Assembly: GCA_003567625.1 (NCBI GenBank)
Contig: PWZB01000136.1
Coordinates: forward strand, 1-63,971
Reading direction: 5' to 3'
Source: Bacteroidales bacterium
GTDB taxonomy: Bacteria; Bacteroidota; Bacteroidia; Bacteroidales; UBA7960
DNA length: 63,971 bases
The notes under the pieces are model-generated. The model was not told where the DNA came from. It made no database searches and was given only the letters and a program-made list of their open reading frames with translations. Shown here piece by piece: positions 27,508 to 36,102 of this stretch. The position numbers and the translations under genes are program-made. Position 1 is the stretch's first letter, and each line of letters opens with the position of its first letter.

Positions 27508-28872
27508 TCAGCTTAATTCTTTTTGCAGGGCATCAAGGCCCTCCCTTATTAAGGATTGTACTTCAATTTTTGAAGTACAGACAAATTCACATAATGCCAG
27601 ATCCTCTGGAGCGACTTCGTAAATACCCAGTTTTTCCATAAGCTCAATGTCATTGATCATAATGGCTTTGATAAGATATACGGGATAGATATCCATCGGC
27701 AGAACTTTTTCATATTGTCCGCTGATGACAAAAGCACGGTTTCCCCCATGCATGTTGGTATCTATACGATATTTTTTCCACGGCATGAGATATGAAAAAA
27801 GTGTCCTGGAGGCACTGTATTTGTTGATTTTAGGAAACAGCCATCCCACAAATTCAGGCTTATTGCCTTCCGGTATAACCGTCACCTGCGAATCATAAAA
27901 ACCTATGAAGCCTTCCCTTTTGCTCTTAGAGCCTGTAAGTACATTACCACTTATAAAGCGTAGCGAAGACATATCTTCGGTCGTTAAATTATTTTTTATA
28001 AGGCTTTCAATTGAAGCTCCTTGTTTAACTCTCCAATATCTTGGTTTTAAAACTTCTGAACCGGTTAATGCAATGATCTTTGTGCTGTCATAGATACCTT
28101 TTTCAAATAATTTGCCTATCATAACTACACTTTGCACATCGGTGTACCAAACAATATCACCCATATTTACCGGGTCTATGTGATGTATCTGAATTCCCAC
28201 ATTGCCGGCAGGATGTGGGCCTGAGAACCTGTGTATTTCAACACCTTTGGCATGTGTAAAACTTTTACTTATTGTATTTGGCTCATTAATTGACAAATGC
28301 ACTTTTCCGTTAGTAAGCCTGGTTAAGGCATCAAGCCCGGTTTGGAACGTATGTTCGTCATGACCGTTGATGATAAAGTCAAGATCAGGCGCTAAGGGTG
28401 CCGAATCAAAAGCTGATATGAATATTGATTTTGGTATGTCTTCAGAATTGGCTATAACAGAATAAGGTCGTTGCATTATGGTCGCCCACAATCCACTAGC
28501 TAAGAGTTTTTCTATTATTTTGTCACGGCTCAGGGTCTTAGGATCAGCACTTCCAAAATCCAGGTATTCATCTTCTACATCCGGTTCAATCCTGGCTTCC
28601 AATATCCTTCTTTTCTCTCCCCTGGCAATACCGGTAAATTGTCCGCTAACCGGTGAAGTAAGTATTATCTTTTCATCATATTTGTTATAGAAAAGAGGAG
28701 ATCCGGCTTTAACCCGTTCGCCGTCTTTTACAAGCATCTTTGGCACTATTCCATGAAAATCGGGAGGCTTAACCGCATAGGTAGCTGACCTGTCAGCATT
28801 GGTAAGTATTTTTTCAGCTTCTCCCTTCAGGGGAATATTTAATCCTTTCCTGATCCTGATTGTTTTTGACAT
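27508..28872 (-). CDS. nqrA: Na+-NQR subunit A
   Basis: MSKTIRIRKGLNIPLKGEAEK is a typical NqrA N-terminus. I prefer the ATG at 28872 over the track's TTG at 28905. Confidence 0.9.
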   Translation of the reverse strand: MSKTIRIRKGLNIPLKGEAEKILTNADRSATYAVKPPDFHGIVPKMLVKDGERVKAGSPLFYNKYDEKIILTSPVSGQFTGIARGEKRRILEARIEPDVEDEYLDFGSADPKTLSRDKIIEKLLASGLWATIMQRPYSVIANSEDIPKSIFISAFDSAPLAPDLDFIINGHDEHTFQTGLDALTRLTNGKVHLSINEPNTISKSFTHAKGVEIHRFSGPHPAGNVGIQIHHIDPVNMGDIVWYTDVQSVVMIGKLFEKGIYDSTKIIALTGSEVLKPRYWRVKQGASIESLIKNNLTTEDMSSLRFISGNVLTGSKSKREGFIGFYDSQVTVIPEGNKPEFVGWLFPKINKYSASRTLFSYLMPWKKYRIDTNMHGGNRAFVISGQYEKVLPMDIYPVYLIKAIMINDIELMEKLGIYEVAPEDLALCEFVCTSKIEVQSLIREGLDALQKELS

Positions 28873-29007
28873 TTTATTAATTTTATATTTCTTTTTCTTA
28901 GGCAAAAATATTTATTATTTCATATAATTGAAATTTTTTTCGGAAAAATAACGTTTCAAAAACAATGTTTACATAATACTAATTGTAAAATCAAATAAAT
29001 AAATAAA

Positions 29008-30402
29008 ATGCAAAATATTAAACTTTTGAATTTACCGGTAATTGTCATTGTTATTTTAGTTTTGTTTTATAGTGAACCTTCAAAGGCCGAAAATCCATCC
29101 CGGCAATATTCCGAAGAGATGGATAATTATTCGGGTGAAGCTTTATCCGGGTCATATGATCAGCCCGAAGTTGATTATTTTCACCCTGATTATTTACGCT
29201 ATGGGAATTATGTTTACAAAAAAAACATCCGCACGGTTTTATTAAACAAGAAAGGCTGGGATTTTTCGCCTGCTATGATTAAGTTCGGAAGTGACGAGAA
29301 ACTTGTATTACGTTTTGACGACCTTGACGCTGACCACAAGCCATATTATTATACCATAATTCATTGTGATGCCAAATGGCGGCCTTCCGATTTGCAACCT
29401 TATGAATATATTGATGGGTTTTATGATGACAGGGTCCGGGAATTCAGCCATTCTTTTAATACACAAGTACGATACACCAATTACAGGGTGGAATTTCCAA
29501 ACCAGAATATGCGTCCGAAAATTCCCGGAAACTATTTAATTAAGGTATTTCTGGATAATGACAGGGAAAACCTGGTGCTTACAAGAAAATTCATGGTTTA
29601 CGAACAGAAGGTTACTGTTTCCGGCGAAGTTCATATGGCTACCCGGGTATCATTAAGGGATTTTAAACAGGAACTCAACTTTTCGATAAATGCTCATCAA
29701 TACAGAATAGATGATCCATACAGGGATATAACTGTAATTATTAAGCAAAACGGCAGGTGGGATAATGTAATTCATGAATTGCAACCAAGGTCGTTTTCAA
29801 ACAACATTCTTAAATATGATTATGAATCAGAAATATTATTTGATGGAGGTAATGAGTTTAGATATTTTGATACTAAAAGCCTGAAACATTCAACGGCCAT
29901 GATAGATGAGATAGAATATAAGCCTGCTTACAGGGAAGTCTTCCTCAGGAAAGACTTCAGCAGGATGAATAAGAGGTATGTGTTTGAACATGATATTAAC
30001 GGCAGGTTTTATATACAAAATGAGTATGGATATAATCAGCATCTTGAGTCGGATTATGCCATGGTTCATTTTACTTTATCCATGCCGGTTCCGCTGGCAA
30101 ATGGCAATGTTTACCTGTCAGGGGAATTTACTGACTGGAACTATACCAAATCAAACAGGATGGATTACAATTACCGGGAAAATGCTTACCAGGCTTCACT
30201 TCTGCTGAAACAAGGATATTACAACTATATGTATATGTTTTTGGAAGATGGACGGGATAATCCTGATATTACTATGATTGAGGGTAATCATTCGGACACT
30301 GAAAACGCATATACGATACTGGTATATCATCGCCGTCCGGGTACTTTTTTTGACCGGCTTGTTGGGATGAAACATATAAATATTCATGATGATGAGAGAT
30401 AG
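29008..30402 (+). CDS. DUF5103-family protein (T9SS plug-protein-like)
   Basis: A signal peptide is followed by IRTVLLNKKGWDFSPAMIKFGSDEKLVLRFDDLDADHKPYYYTIIHCDAKWRPSDLQPYEYIDGF. This matches my memory of the DUF5103 / T9SS_plug first domain and was not checked by search. Confidence 0.55.
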   Translation: MQNIKLLNLPVIVIVILVLFYSEPSKAENPSRQYSEEMDNYSGEALSGSYDQPEVDYFHPDYLRYGNYVYKKNIRTVLLNKKGWDFSPAMIKFGSDEKLVLRFDDLDADHKPYYYTIIHCDAKWRPSDLQPYEYIDGFYDDRVREFSHSFNTQVRYTNYRVEFPNQNMRPKIPGNYLIKVFLDNDRENLVLTRKFMVYEQKVTVSGEVHMATRVSLRDFKQELNFSINAHQYRIDDPYRDITVIIKQNGRWDNVIHELQPRSFSNNILKYDYESEILFDGGNEFRYFDTKSLKHSTAMIDEIEYKPAYREVFLRKDFSRMNKRYVFEHDINGRFYIQNEYGYNQHLESDYAMVHFTLSMPVPLANGNVYLSGEFTDWNYTKSNRMDYNYRENAYQASLLLKQGYYNYMYMFLEDGRDNPDITMIEGNHSDTENAYTILVYHRRPGTFFDRLVGMKHINIHDDER

Positions 30403-30429
30403 ATAGCAACACTTTATGTTTACGGATGC

Positions 30430-30465
30430 CATCTTTACCAAAGGTTTAAAGCTTTGGCAAAGATG
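30430..30465. terminator. Hairpin between convergent genes (candidate bidirectional terminator)
   Basis: CATCTTTACCAAAG (30430..30443), an 8-nt loop, then CTTTGGCAAAGATG (30452..30465). The stem is 14 bp with one mismatch. It sits between the DUF5103 stop (30402) and the thiS stop (30476). Confidence 0.45.
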
Positions 30466-30475
30466 ATATTAATGT

Positions 30476-30682
30476 TTAACCACCAGCCAAAAGGTGAATT
30501 ACAGAAACGTTATCGTTGTTACGAATCACAGCTTTGTTGTAATCTTTTTTTTTCACGACCTTACCATTTATCTTAACAACCAATAATTTAAAAGTGAATC
30601 TTTTTAAATCCAAGAGTTCCTGTACAGTAATTTCATCATGTCCTTCAATTTCTTCGGTCTTGTTGTTTAGTGTGATTCTCAT
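30476..30682 (-). CDS. thiS: ThiS/MoaD-family ubiquitin-like sulfur-carrier protein (C-terminal Gly-Gly)
   Basis: 68 aa. MRITLNNKTEEIEGHDEITVQELLDL...NDNVSVIHLLAGG has the beta-grasp ThiS pattern and ends in GG. Confidence 0.7.
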   Translation of the reverse strand: MRITLNNKTEEIEGHDEITVQELLDLKRFTFKLLVVKINGKVVKKKDYNKAVIRNNDNVSVIHLLAGG

Positions 30683-30709
30683 GGTAAAAATATGGTGCTG
30701 AATTAAAAA

Positions 30710-31228
30710 CTATAAAAAAGACTTTCTTGCTTCAGATTTTAAAAATTCAATAACTTTAATAGTAGCAGGTTTACCGGTGCTTACTTCAAGAATTTTTTTG
30801 CTTAGATCTGTTGAGGTAGCTTTTTCACCGAGTTGTCCGGCAGAAGTGTTTATCTGACTGATTATCTCTTCTTTGGCATTTTTGACCATCTCCCAGGCTT
30901 TGGATGATACGTATAGTTGCTGTGAAAGATTGTGGTCAAACTCATCGCGGATAGCTCTTATCAGTGTGCCGTGAAACTGAGCAGCAGACATCTTATGGTC
31001 GTGGACGCGAATGATAAGGTTCCTTGGCGATATGCGCTCAAGCAATAAGATAATCCGTTCGTAGGCCTGCATACGTAATGGTAGTGATACTTTGTGTTTT
31101 TCTTCCAGCATGTTTATCTGGCGTTTTTTTATCTCCTGGGCAAAAAACTCCTTTAATACCAAATAAACCGTTAAAAAAACCACTAAAGCAGGAATAGCAT
31201 ACTTTAATGTTCCAAGTATATCTGTCAT
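30710..31228 (-). CDS. Membrane-anchored hypothetical protein
   Basis: One N-terminal TM helix (LKYAIPALVVFLTVYLVL) followed by a helical domain. I recognise no family. I prefer the ATG at 31228 over the track's TTG at 31252. Confidence 0.5.
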   Translation of the reverse strand: MTDILGTLKYAIPALVVFLTVYLVLKEFFAQEIKKRQINMLEEKHKVSLPLRMQAYERIILLLERISPRNLIIRVHDHKMSAAQFHGTLIRAIRDEFDHNLSQQLYVSSKAWEMVKNAKEEIISQINTSAGQLGEKATSTDLSKKILEVSTGKPATIKVIEFLKSEARKSFL

Positions 31229-31685
31229 TTTTTTTATGTTGGTAAATATCAACCGCTAAATTAAAAAAGCTGATGAAACTGATCACTATTTTAATATTCT
31301 TTTTGTTTTGGTTAAATTATATTGCTTTGTATTCATTATTGGTTTGTTGAACCCGCAAAAAAAGGCTTTTTGGACTTTTTACAGTTTGCCCGATTTAATA
31401 TTGTAGGATCTTTAGGATAAGTGCAATCACTGTATGATCCAGCCTTTAGCCCGGTATAGCAATGACTCCCCCGAATTAATTAACAATTTCAGTCAACCAT
31501 TAATCAATTATTTTTAATTTGCTAAATTTGCTGACTCGCAAGAGTCACTCCTTAAATTTAAATAAAATTTTGTGATGATTAAGGGATGGGCTACGGCAAA
31601 TAAGGCTTATAATTTTATGATGTGCATTCATCAGCCGGGTTTTACATTATTTTAATTAATTCTAAAACATAAAATCAATACAATT

Positions 31686-32879
31686 ATGACTGTTTTATCG
31701 AAGCGGATAGAAAGGTTATCGGAATCTGAGACGTTGGCAATGGCTCAAAGAAGCCGTGAATTGAAGGCAGAGGGATTTGATGTGATCAACCTGAGCCTGG
31801 GAGAGCCCGATTTTTATACTCCTTATAGTATAAAAGAGGCTGCAAAAAAAGGAATTGATGAAAACCATACTTTTTACACACCTGTAAATGGTTATTTGGA
31901 TTTACGCCAGAGTATATGTGATAAATTAAAAAGAGACAATGACCTTGATTATTCTCCTGAACAAATTGTGGTTTCAACAGGGGCCAAACAGGCTGTAGCC
32001 AACTCTGTACTTTGCCTTACTGACCCGGGGCAGGAGGCTGTTATTCCTGCACCATACTGGGTGAGTTATAAGGATATTGCCGCGATGGCTGAAGTTGACG
32101 GAGTATATATCAGGGCGGCTATAGAGAATGATTTCAAAATAACTGCTGAACAATTGGAAAAAGCGATAACACCCAGTACAAGGTTATTTATTTTTTCCAG
32201 TCCCTGCAACCCGACCGGGTCGGTTTATACGAAACATGAATTAAGGCAGCTTGCTGAAGTTTTTGAGCGAAACCCTCATGTCTTTATTATTTCAGATGAA
32301 ATTTATGAGCATATAAATTTTATGGGTAAACACGAAAGTATTGCTCAATTTGAGAATATTCGTTCAAGGGTAATTTTGGTAAACGGCGTTTCAAAAGGGT
32401 TTTGCATGACCGGATGGAGACTGGGCTATATGGCTGCAAGTAAGGAGATAGCCAAAGCCTGTACGAAACTCCAGGGGCAGTTTACATCAGGAGCATCAAG
32501 TGTTTCACAAAGGGCTGCCTTGAAGGCAATGAAAACAGACCCCCTCGAAACTAAACATATGCTTGAAAAATTCAAGGAAAGACGCGATTTGGTATTGGAA
32601 ATGTTGAAAGATATCCCGCAGTTAAAAACCAATCTTCCCCAAGGAGCCTTTTATATCTTCCCGGACATAAGCGCTTATCTTGGGAAATCAGATGAGAAAA
32701 GCACTATTGCCAGCTCTAAGGATTTGTGTATGTATATACTCAATAAGGCAAATGTGGCAGTTGTGCCCGGTGAGGCTTTCGGTGATCCTAATTGTATAAG
32801 GATATCTTATGCTACCTCAGAGAAACTGCTTATTGAAGCGATAAGAAGAATAAAAGATGCTTTGGCAAAATTAACTTAA
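31686..32879 (+). CDS. PLP-dependent aminotransferase (aspartate aminotransferase type)
   Basis: 397 aa. Motifs: INLSLGEPDFYTP, NPTGSVYT, and the PLP-Lys context NGVSKGFCMTGWRLGY. Confidence 0.8.
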   Translation: MTVLSKRIERLSESETLAMAQRSRELKAEGFDVINLSLGEPDFYTPYSIKEAAKKGIDENHTFYTPVNGYLDLRQSICDKLKRDNDLDYSPEQIVVSTGAKQAVANSVLCLTDPGQEAVIPAPYWVSYKDIAAMAEVDGVYIRAAIENDFKITAEQLEKAITPSTRLFIFSSPCNPTGSVYTKHELRQLAEVFERNPHVFIISDEIYEHINFMGKHESIAQFENIRSRVILVNGVSKGFCMTGWRLGYMAASKEIAKACTKLQGQFTSGASSVSQRAALKAMKTDPLETKHMLEKFKERRDLVLEMLKDIPQLKTNLPQGAFYIFPDISAYLGKSDEKSTIASSKDLCMYILNKANVAVVPGEAFGDPNCIRISYATSEKLLIEAIRRIKDALAKLT

Positions 32880-32891
32880 TAACCCTTGAAT

Positions 32892-33908
32892 ATGGAAAAT
32901 CTTAATATGGTAAAAGATGTCTTTAATAGTTTTAACAAACTTAAAGCATTGATAATCGGTGATGTAATGATAGATTCCTATTTATGGGGAAGGGTTAATC
33001 GTATTTCGCCGGAAGCACCTGTACCCATAGTAGCACTTGATAAACGTGAATATAGATTGGGTGGAGCTGCTAATGTCGCTCTAAATATTAAAAGCCTGGG
33101 AGCCACACCACTATTATTTTCAGCTATAGGTCAAGACGATAAAAGCGAGCTTTTTCTTGAACTTATGGAAAAGGAAAACCTTGATACAACCGGAATTATT
33201 AAAAGTCCCCACAGATTGACTACAACAAAGTTTCGCGTTATGGGAAACAATATGCAGTTGCTACGTGTGGATGAGGAATCTATGATTAAATTGCAGAATG
33301 ATGAAATGACATCATTGATGAAAATAATTAATAACATGGTGGAAAAGAAAAATGTGGATGTCATTATCTTTCAGGATTATGATAAAGGTGTTATTTCTCA
33401 ACAACTTATTTTAAGCGTTGTAAGTTTAGCTAATGCAAATAATATACCCGTTGTGGTTGACCCTAAAAAAAACAATTTCTTGTTTTACCGTAACGTGGCA
33501 CTATTCAAGCCTAATCTGAAAGAGTTGAAAGAAGGTTTGAAAATTGATGTTGATATTGATGAGAATGAACAGTTGGAAATAGCTGTACATAAGCTTGTTG
33601 ACAAAATCAAGGCAACAATGGTCTTACTAACTTTATCGGACAGGGGAGTATTGGTTTGCAGCAGATCCGACGATCGCAGGTCATATAATTACCGCAGGAT
33701 TCCGGCACATGTAAGAAAGATATCGGATGTTTCAGGAGCCGGCGATACAGTTATTGCGGTGGCAGCTCTCTGTACCGCCATAAGCCTGGAGCCGGAAATG
33801 ACAGCCGAGTTGTCGAATATGGCCGGCGGACTTGTATGCGAACATGCGGGCGTAGTGCCTGTGAACAAAGAGAAACTTATGGAAGAAACTGTTAAATTGT
33901 TTTGTTAA
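32892..33908 (+). CDS. PfkB-family sugar kinase, RfaE/HldE domain-I-like (D-glycero-beta-D-manno-heptose-7-phosphate kinase); no adenylyltransferase domain
   Basis: ALIIGDVMIDSYLWGRVNRISPEAPVPIV...EYRLGGAANVALNIKSLGA, with a C-terminal DVSGAGDTVIA. I prefer the ATG at 32892 over the TTG at 32886. Confidence 0.7.
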   Translation: MENLNMVKDVFNSFNKLKALIIGDVMIDSYLWGRVNRISPEAPVPIVALDKREYRLGGAANVALNIKSLGATPLLFSAIGQDDKSELFLELMEKENLDTTGIIKSPHRLTTTKFRVMGNNMQLLRVDEESMIKLQNDEMTSLMKIINNMVEKKNVDVIIFQDYDKGVISQQLILSVVSLANANNIPVVVDPKKNNFLFYRNVALFKPNLKELKEGLKIDVDIDENEQLEIAVHKLVDKIKATMVLLTLSDRGVLVCSRSDDRRSYNYRRIPAHVRKISDVSGAGDTVIAVAALCTAISLEPEMTAELSNMAGGLVCEHAGVVPVNKEKLMEETVKLFC

Positions 33909-34193
33909 CTGAAAAGTAACTTTAATATAACACTTTCGTCTTGTTTTTGGAAAGTTGTTTATGCCCCTCATATAGCGGAATATATTTCGGGTGATAGATT
34001 GTTCAGCTTTGTAATGAAGAGGATAATGAGTAACGAGTTGACAGGTTAGGTGTTGGACGATAAGTGTTGGAACATATTTTTAAATTGCTGTTAATTATTT
34101 ACTGTCAACCCATAATCTAATAAACCATTTATAATATCGTTAATTAAATACCGTTTAATCCATATATTTTTTGTTTCAAAAAACATATTAAGT

Positions 34194-34952
34194 ATGTCCG
34201 GATCAAAAAAACAACTTACCTCTTTATTATTCGTAATGATTATTATGGCATGTTTCTCTTCTGATATGTTATCACAAAATCACAGGCCAGTCAAAAATTT
34301 ACCCCAATATGATTACAGACCGTATCATTTTGGTTTTTTACTTGGTTTGAATAAAATGGATTTTGCACTCAAACCTATTGAAGATTTGAACAACCTGGAT
34401 ATGAACATTCCCGGTCATAGATTTGATACTCTTTATTCGGTGCTTGCCAGGCCTGAGTACGGTTTTAATATAGGTATCGTTTCAAATTTAAAACTTGGTC
34501 AGAAATTCGATCTCAGATTTATACCTACTCTTTCTTTTGGTGACAGAAACATCACGTATGAAGGTGTTACAGAAGAAGGTAATACATTGGTTCGCAATCA
34601 GAAAATTGAATCTACCCTTCTTGACTTTCCATTGCATGTTAAATATAAATCCGTAAGGATGACCAATACAAGGGTGTACGTTATCGGTGGATTCAGGTAT
34701 AGTCATGACCTTGCTTCTGATGAAGACAAAGATGACCCCGATGCCGAAGTCTTTGCCAGGGTTTTAAGAAATGATTTTTATTATGAGCTGGGAGTAGGCT
34801 TTGATCATTATTTTTATTATTTTAAATTTTCAACCGAAATTAAAGCATCTTTTGGATTGAGAGATTTATTAAAATATGAGAACACGGTGTATACCAATTC
34901 CATAGACAGGCTCAATTCGCAAATAATTCAAATTTCTTTCCTCTTTGAGTAG
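34194..34952 (+). CDS. Outer-membrane beta-barrel protein, PorT/SprT-like
   Basis: It has a signal peptide, alternating beta-strand patterns, a size of about 250 aa and a terminal aromatic residue (ISFLFE). It resembles the PorT family. This is pattern recognition only. Confidence 0.45.
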   Translation: MSGSKKQLTSLLFVMIIMACFSSDMLSQNHRPVKNLPQYDYRPYHFGFLLGLNKMDFALKPIEDLNNLDMNIPGHRFDTLYSVLARPEYGFNIGIVSNLKLGQKFDLRFIPTLSFGDRNITYEGVTEEGNTLVRNQKIESTLLDFPLHVKYKSVRMTNTRVYVIGGFRYSHDLASDEDKDDPDAEVFARVLRNDFYYELGVGFDHYFYYFKFSTEIKASFGLRDLLKYENTVYTNSIDRLNSQIIQISFLFE

Positions 34953-35086
34953 AGTTGAAAATCAAGCCGGTATATTTTTTAATTGTTGTGAATTATTTTT
35001 TCTTGAAATAAAAAAATAGATAAAAGGCACAGAATTTGATATAAATTTTTTGCCGGACTTTTATATTACTTAAATTTCTAAATTGA

Positions 35087-35225
35087 AATTTAATTACTCA
35101 CATAATGTTTAATATTATTTGTGTTCATGGTCTCGCTACGCTCGGCAGTCATTTGTGTTTTGGAATTTACTCACAGAGTGTTTAATTATATTGTGTTCGT
35201 TGTCTCGCTCCGCTCGGCAGTGTTC
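35087..35225. repeat. Two tandem copies (offset about 72-73 nt) of an intergenic repeat ending in GTCTCGCTNCGCTCGGCAGT
   Basis: actcacataatgtttaatattatttgtgttcatggtctcgctacgctcggcagt is followed by actcacagagtgtttaattatattgtgttcgttgtctcgctccgctcggcagt. A third copy is at 46712..46780. Confidence 0.85.
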
Positions 35226-35279
35226 TTTTATAATTCGTTTTAGAATTTCAGGTATTAATTACATAAAAATAGATGACGT

Positions 35280-36053
35280 ATGAAAAAAATAATAATAACC
35301 ATTGTTTTGCTTCCTGTTGTGTTATCAGTTTTTGGTAAAAGCCCTATGGGAAAGACATGGGTTGTTTTTTTGGAGAACTCAAAGTATGAGGTGTATGAAA
35401 ACCTTGAGCAGACCGAACGTGATATAGAGTTGATGAAAAAGGCCCTTGAAAATTACATAATTGATAGCGTTATTCATAAAAAGAATCTTGCTAAAAACCA
35501 AATGGAGGAGTTTTTTTATGCGCAATTACGGGATATGATAAGAGAAAACCAGGTTAATTCACTTATGATATGGTATGCCGGACATGGTAAATATATTGAC
35601 AATACAGGATACTGGCTGCCTGTTGACGCACGTGTTGATGATATAACAGCACTTTATAACATTAATTACCTCAGGGAAGCTTTACTGGCTTATTCTGAAT
35701 ATCTTAAACATACCTTGGTAGTGACCGATGCTGGTGAGTCGGGGCCGACATTTTACCAGGCTATGCGTTCAATACCACAAAACAGGCATTGTGATGAAAT
35801 TACCGTAACAAAATACAGCTCATCACAAACCATCGTTTCATCAGGATATGGATTTGCACCGGAGCCATCTGTATTTACAAGAACTTTTGCTACATTGCTG
35901 ACTCACAATATAAATCCCTGCTTACCTATCGAAAATATCGTAAATCAGCTTATCATGGTTGCATCACGCAACAACCAGCCTATACCGCGATTTGGCAAAA
36001 TAACCGGCATGCAGGACGAAGGAGGTACGTTCTTTTTTATTAAAAAATATTAG
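35280..36053 (+). CDS. Secreted caspase-fold (peptidase C14-like) protein with Gly at the catalytic Cys position
   Basis: The signal peptide is MKKIIITIVLLPVVLSVFG. The caspase-like order of motifs is VVFLENSKYEVYENL, MIWYAGHGKY (His102), YWLPVDA, then LVVTDAGESG where DAC.SG is expected (Gly152, codon GGT at 35733..35735). Confidence 0.55.
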   Translation: MKKIIITIVLLPVVLSVFGKSPMGKTWVVFLENSKYEVYENLEQTERDIELMKKALENYIIDSVIHKKNLAKNQMEEFFYAQLRDMIRENQVNSLMIWYAGHGKYIDNTGYWLPVDARVDDITALYNINYLREALLAYSEYLKHTLVVTDAGESGPTFYQAMRSIPQNRHCDEITVTKYSSSQTIVSSGYGFAPEPSVFTRTFATLLTHNINPCLPIENIVNQLIMVASRNNQPIPRFGKITGMQDEGGTFFFIKKY

Positions 36054-36102
36054 AGTTAATTTATTATATTAATCCGGCAAACGAAACGGTAATAAAAAAC
36101 AT

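Noticed and set aside
31253-31685. TPP riboswitch or other riboswitch upstream of the membrane-protein/thiS pair. A GNRA-loop hairpin TGACTC-GCAA-GAGTCA at 31532..31547 was noted
   Set aside because: I could not find the conserved CUGAGA / ACCUGAUCUGGAUAAUGCCAGCG elements on either strand. The small hairpin alone is not diagnostic. An Infernal scan would settle it.
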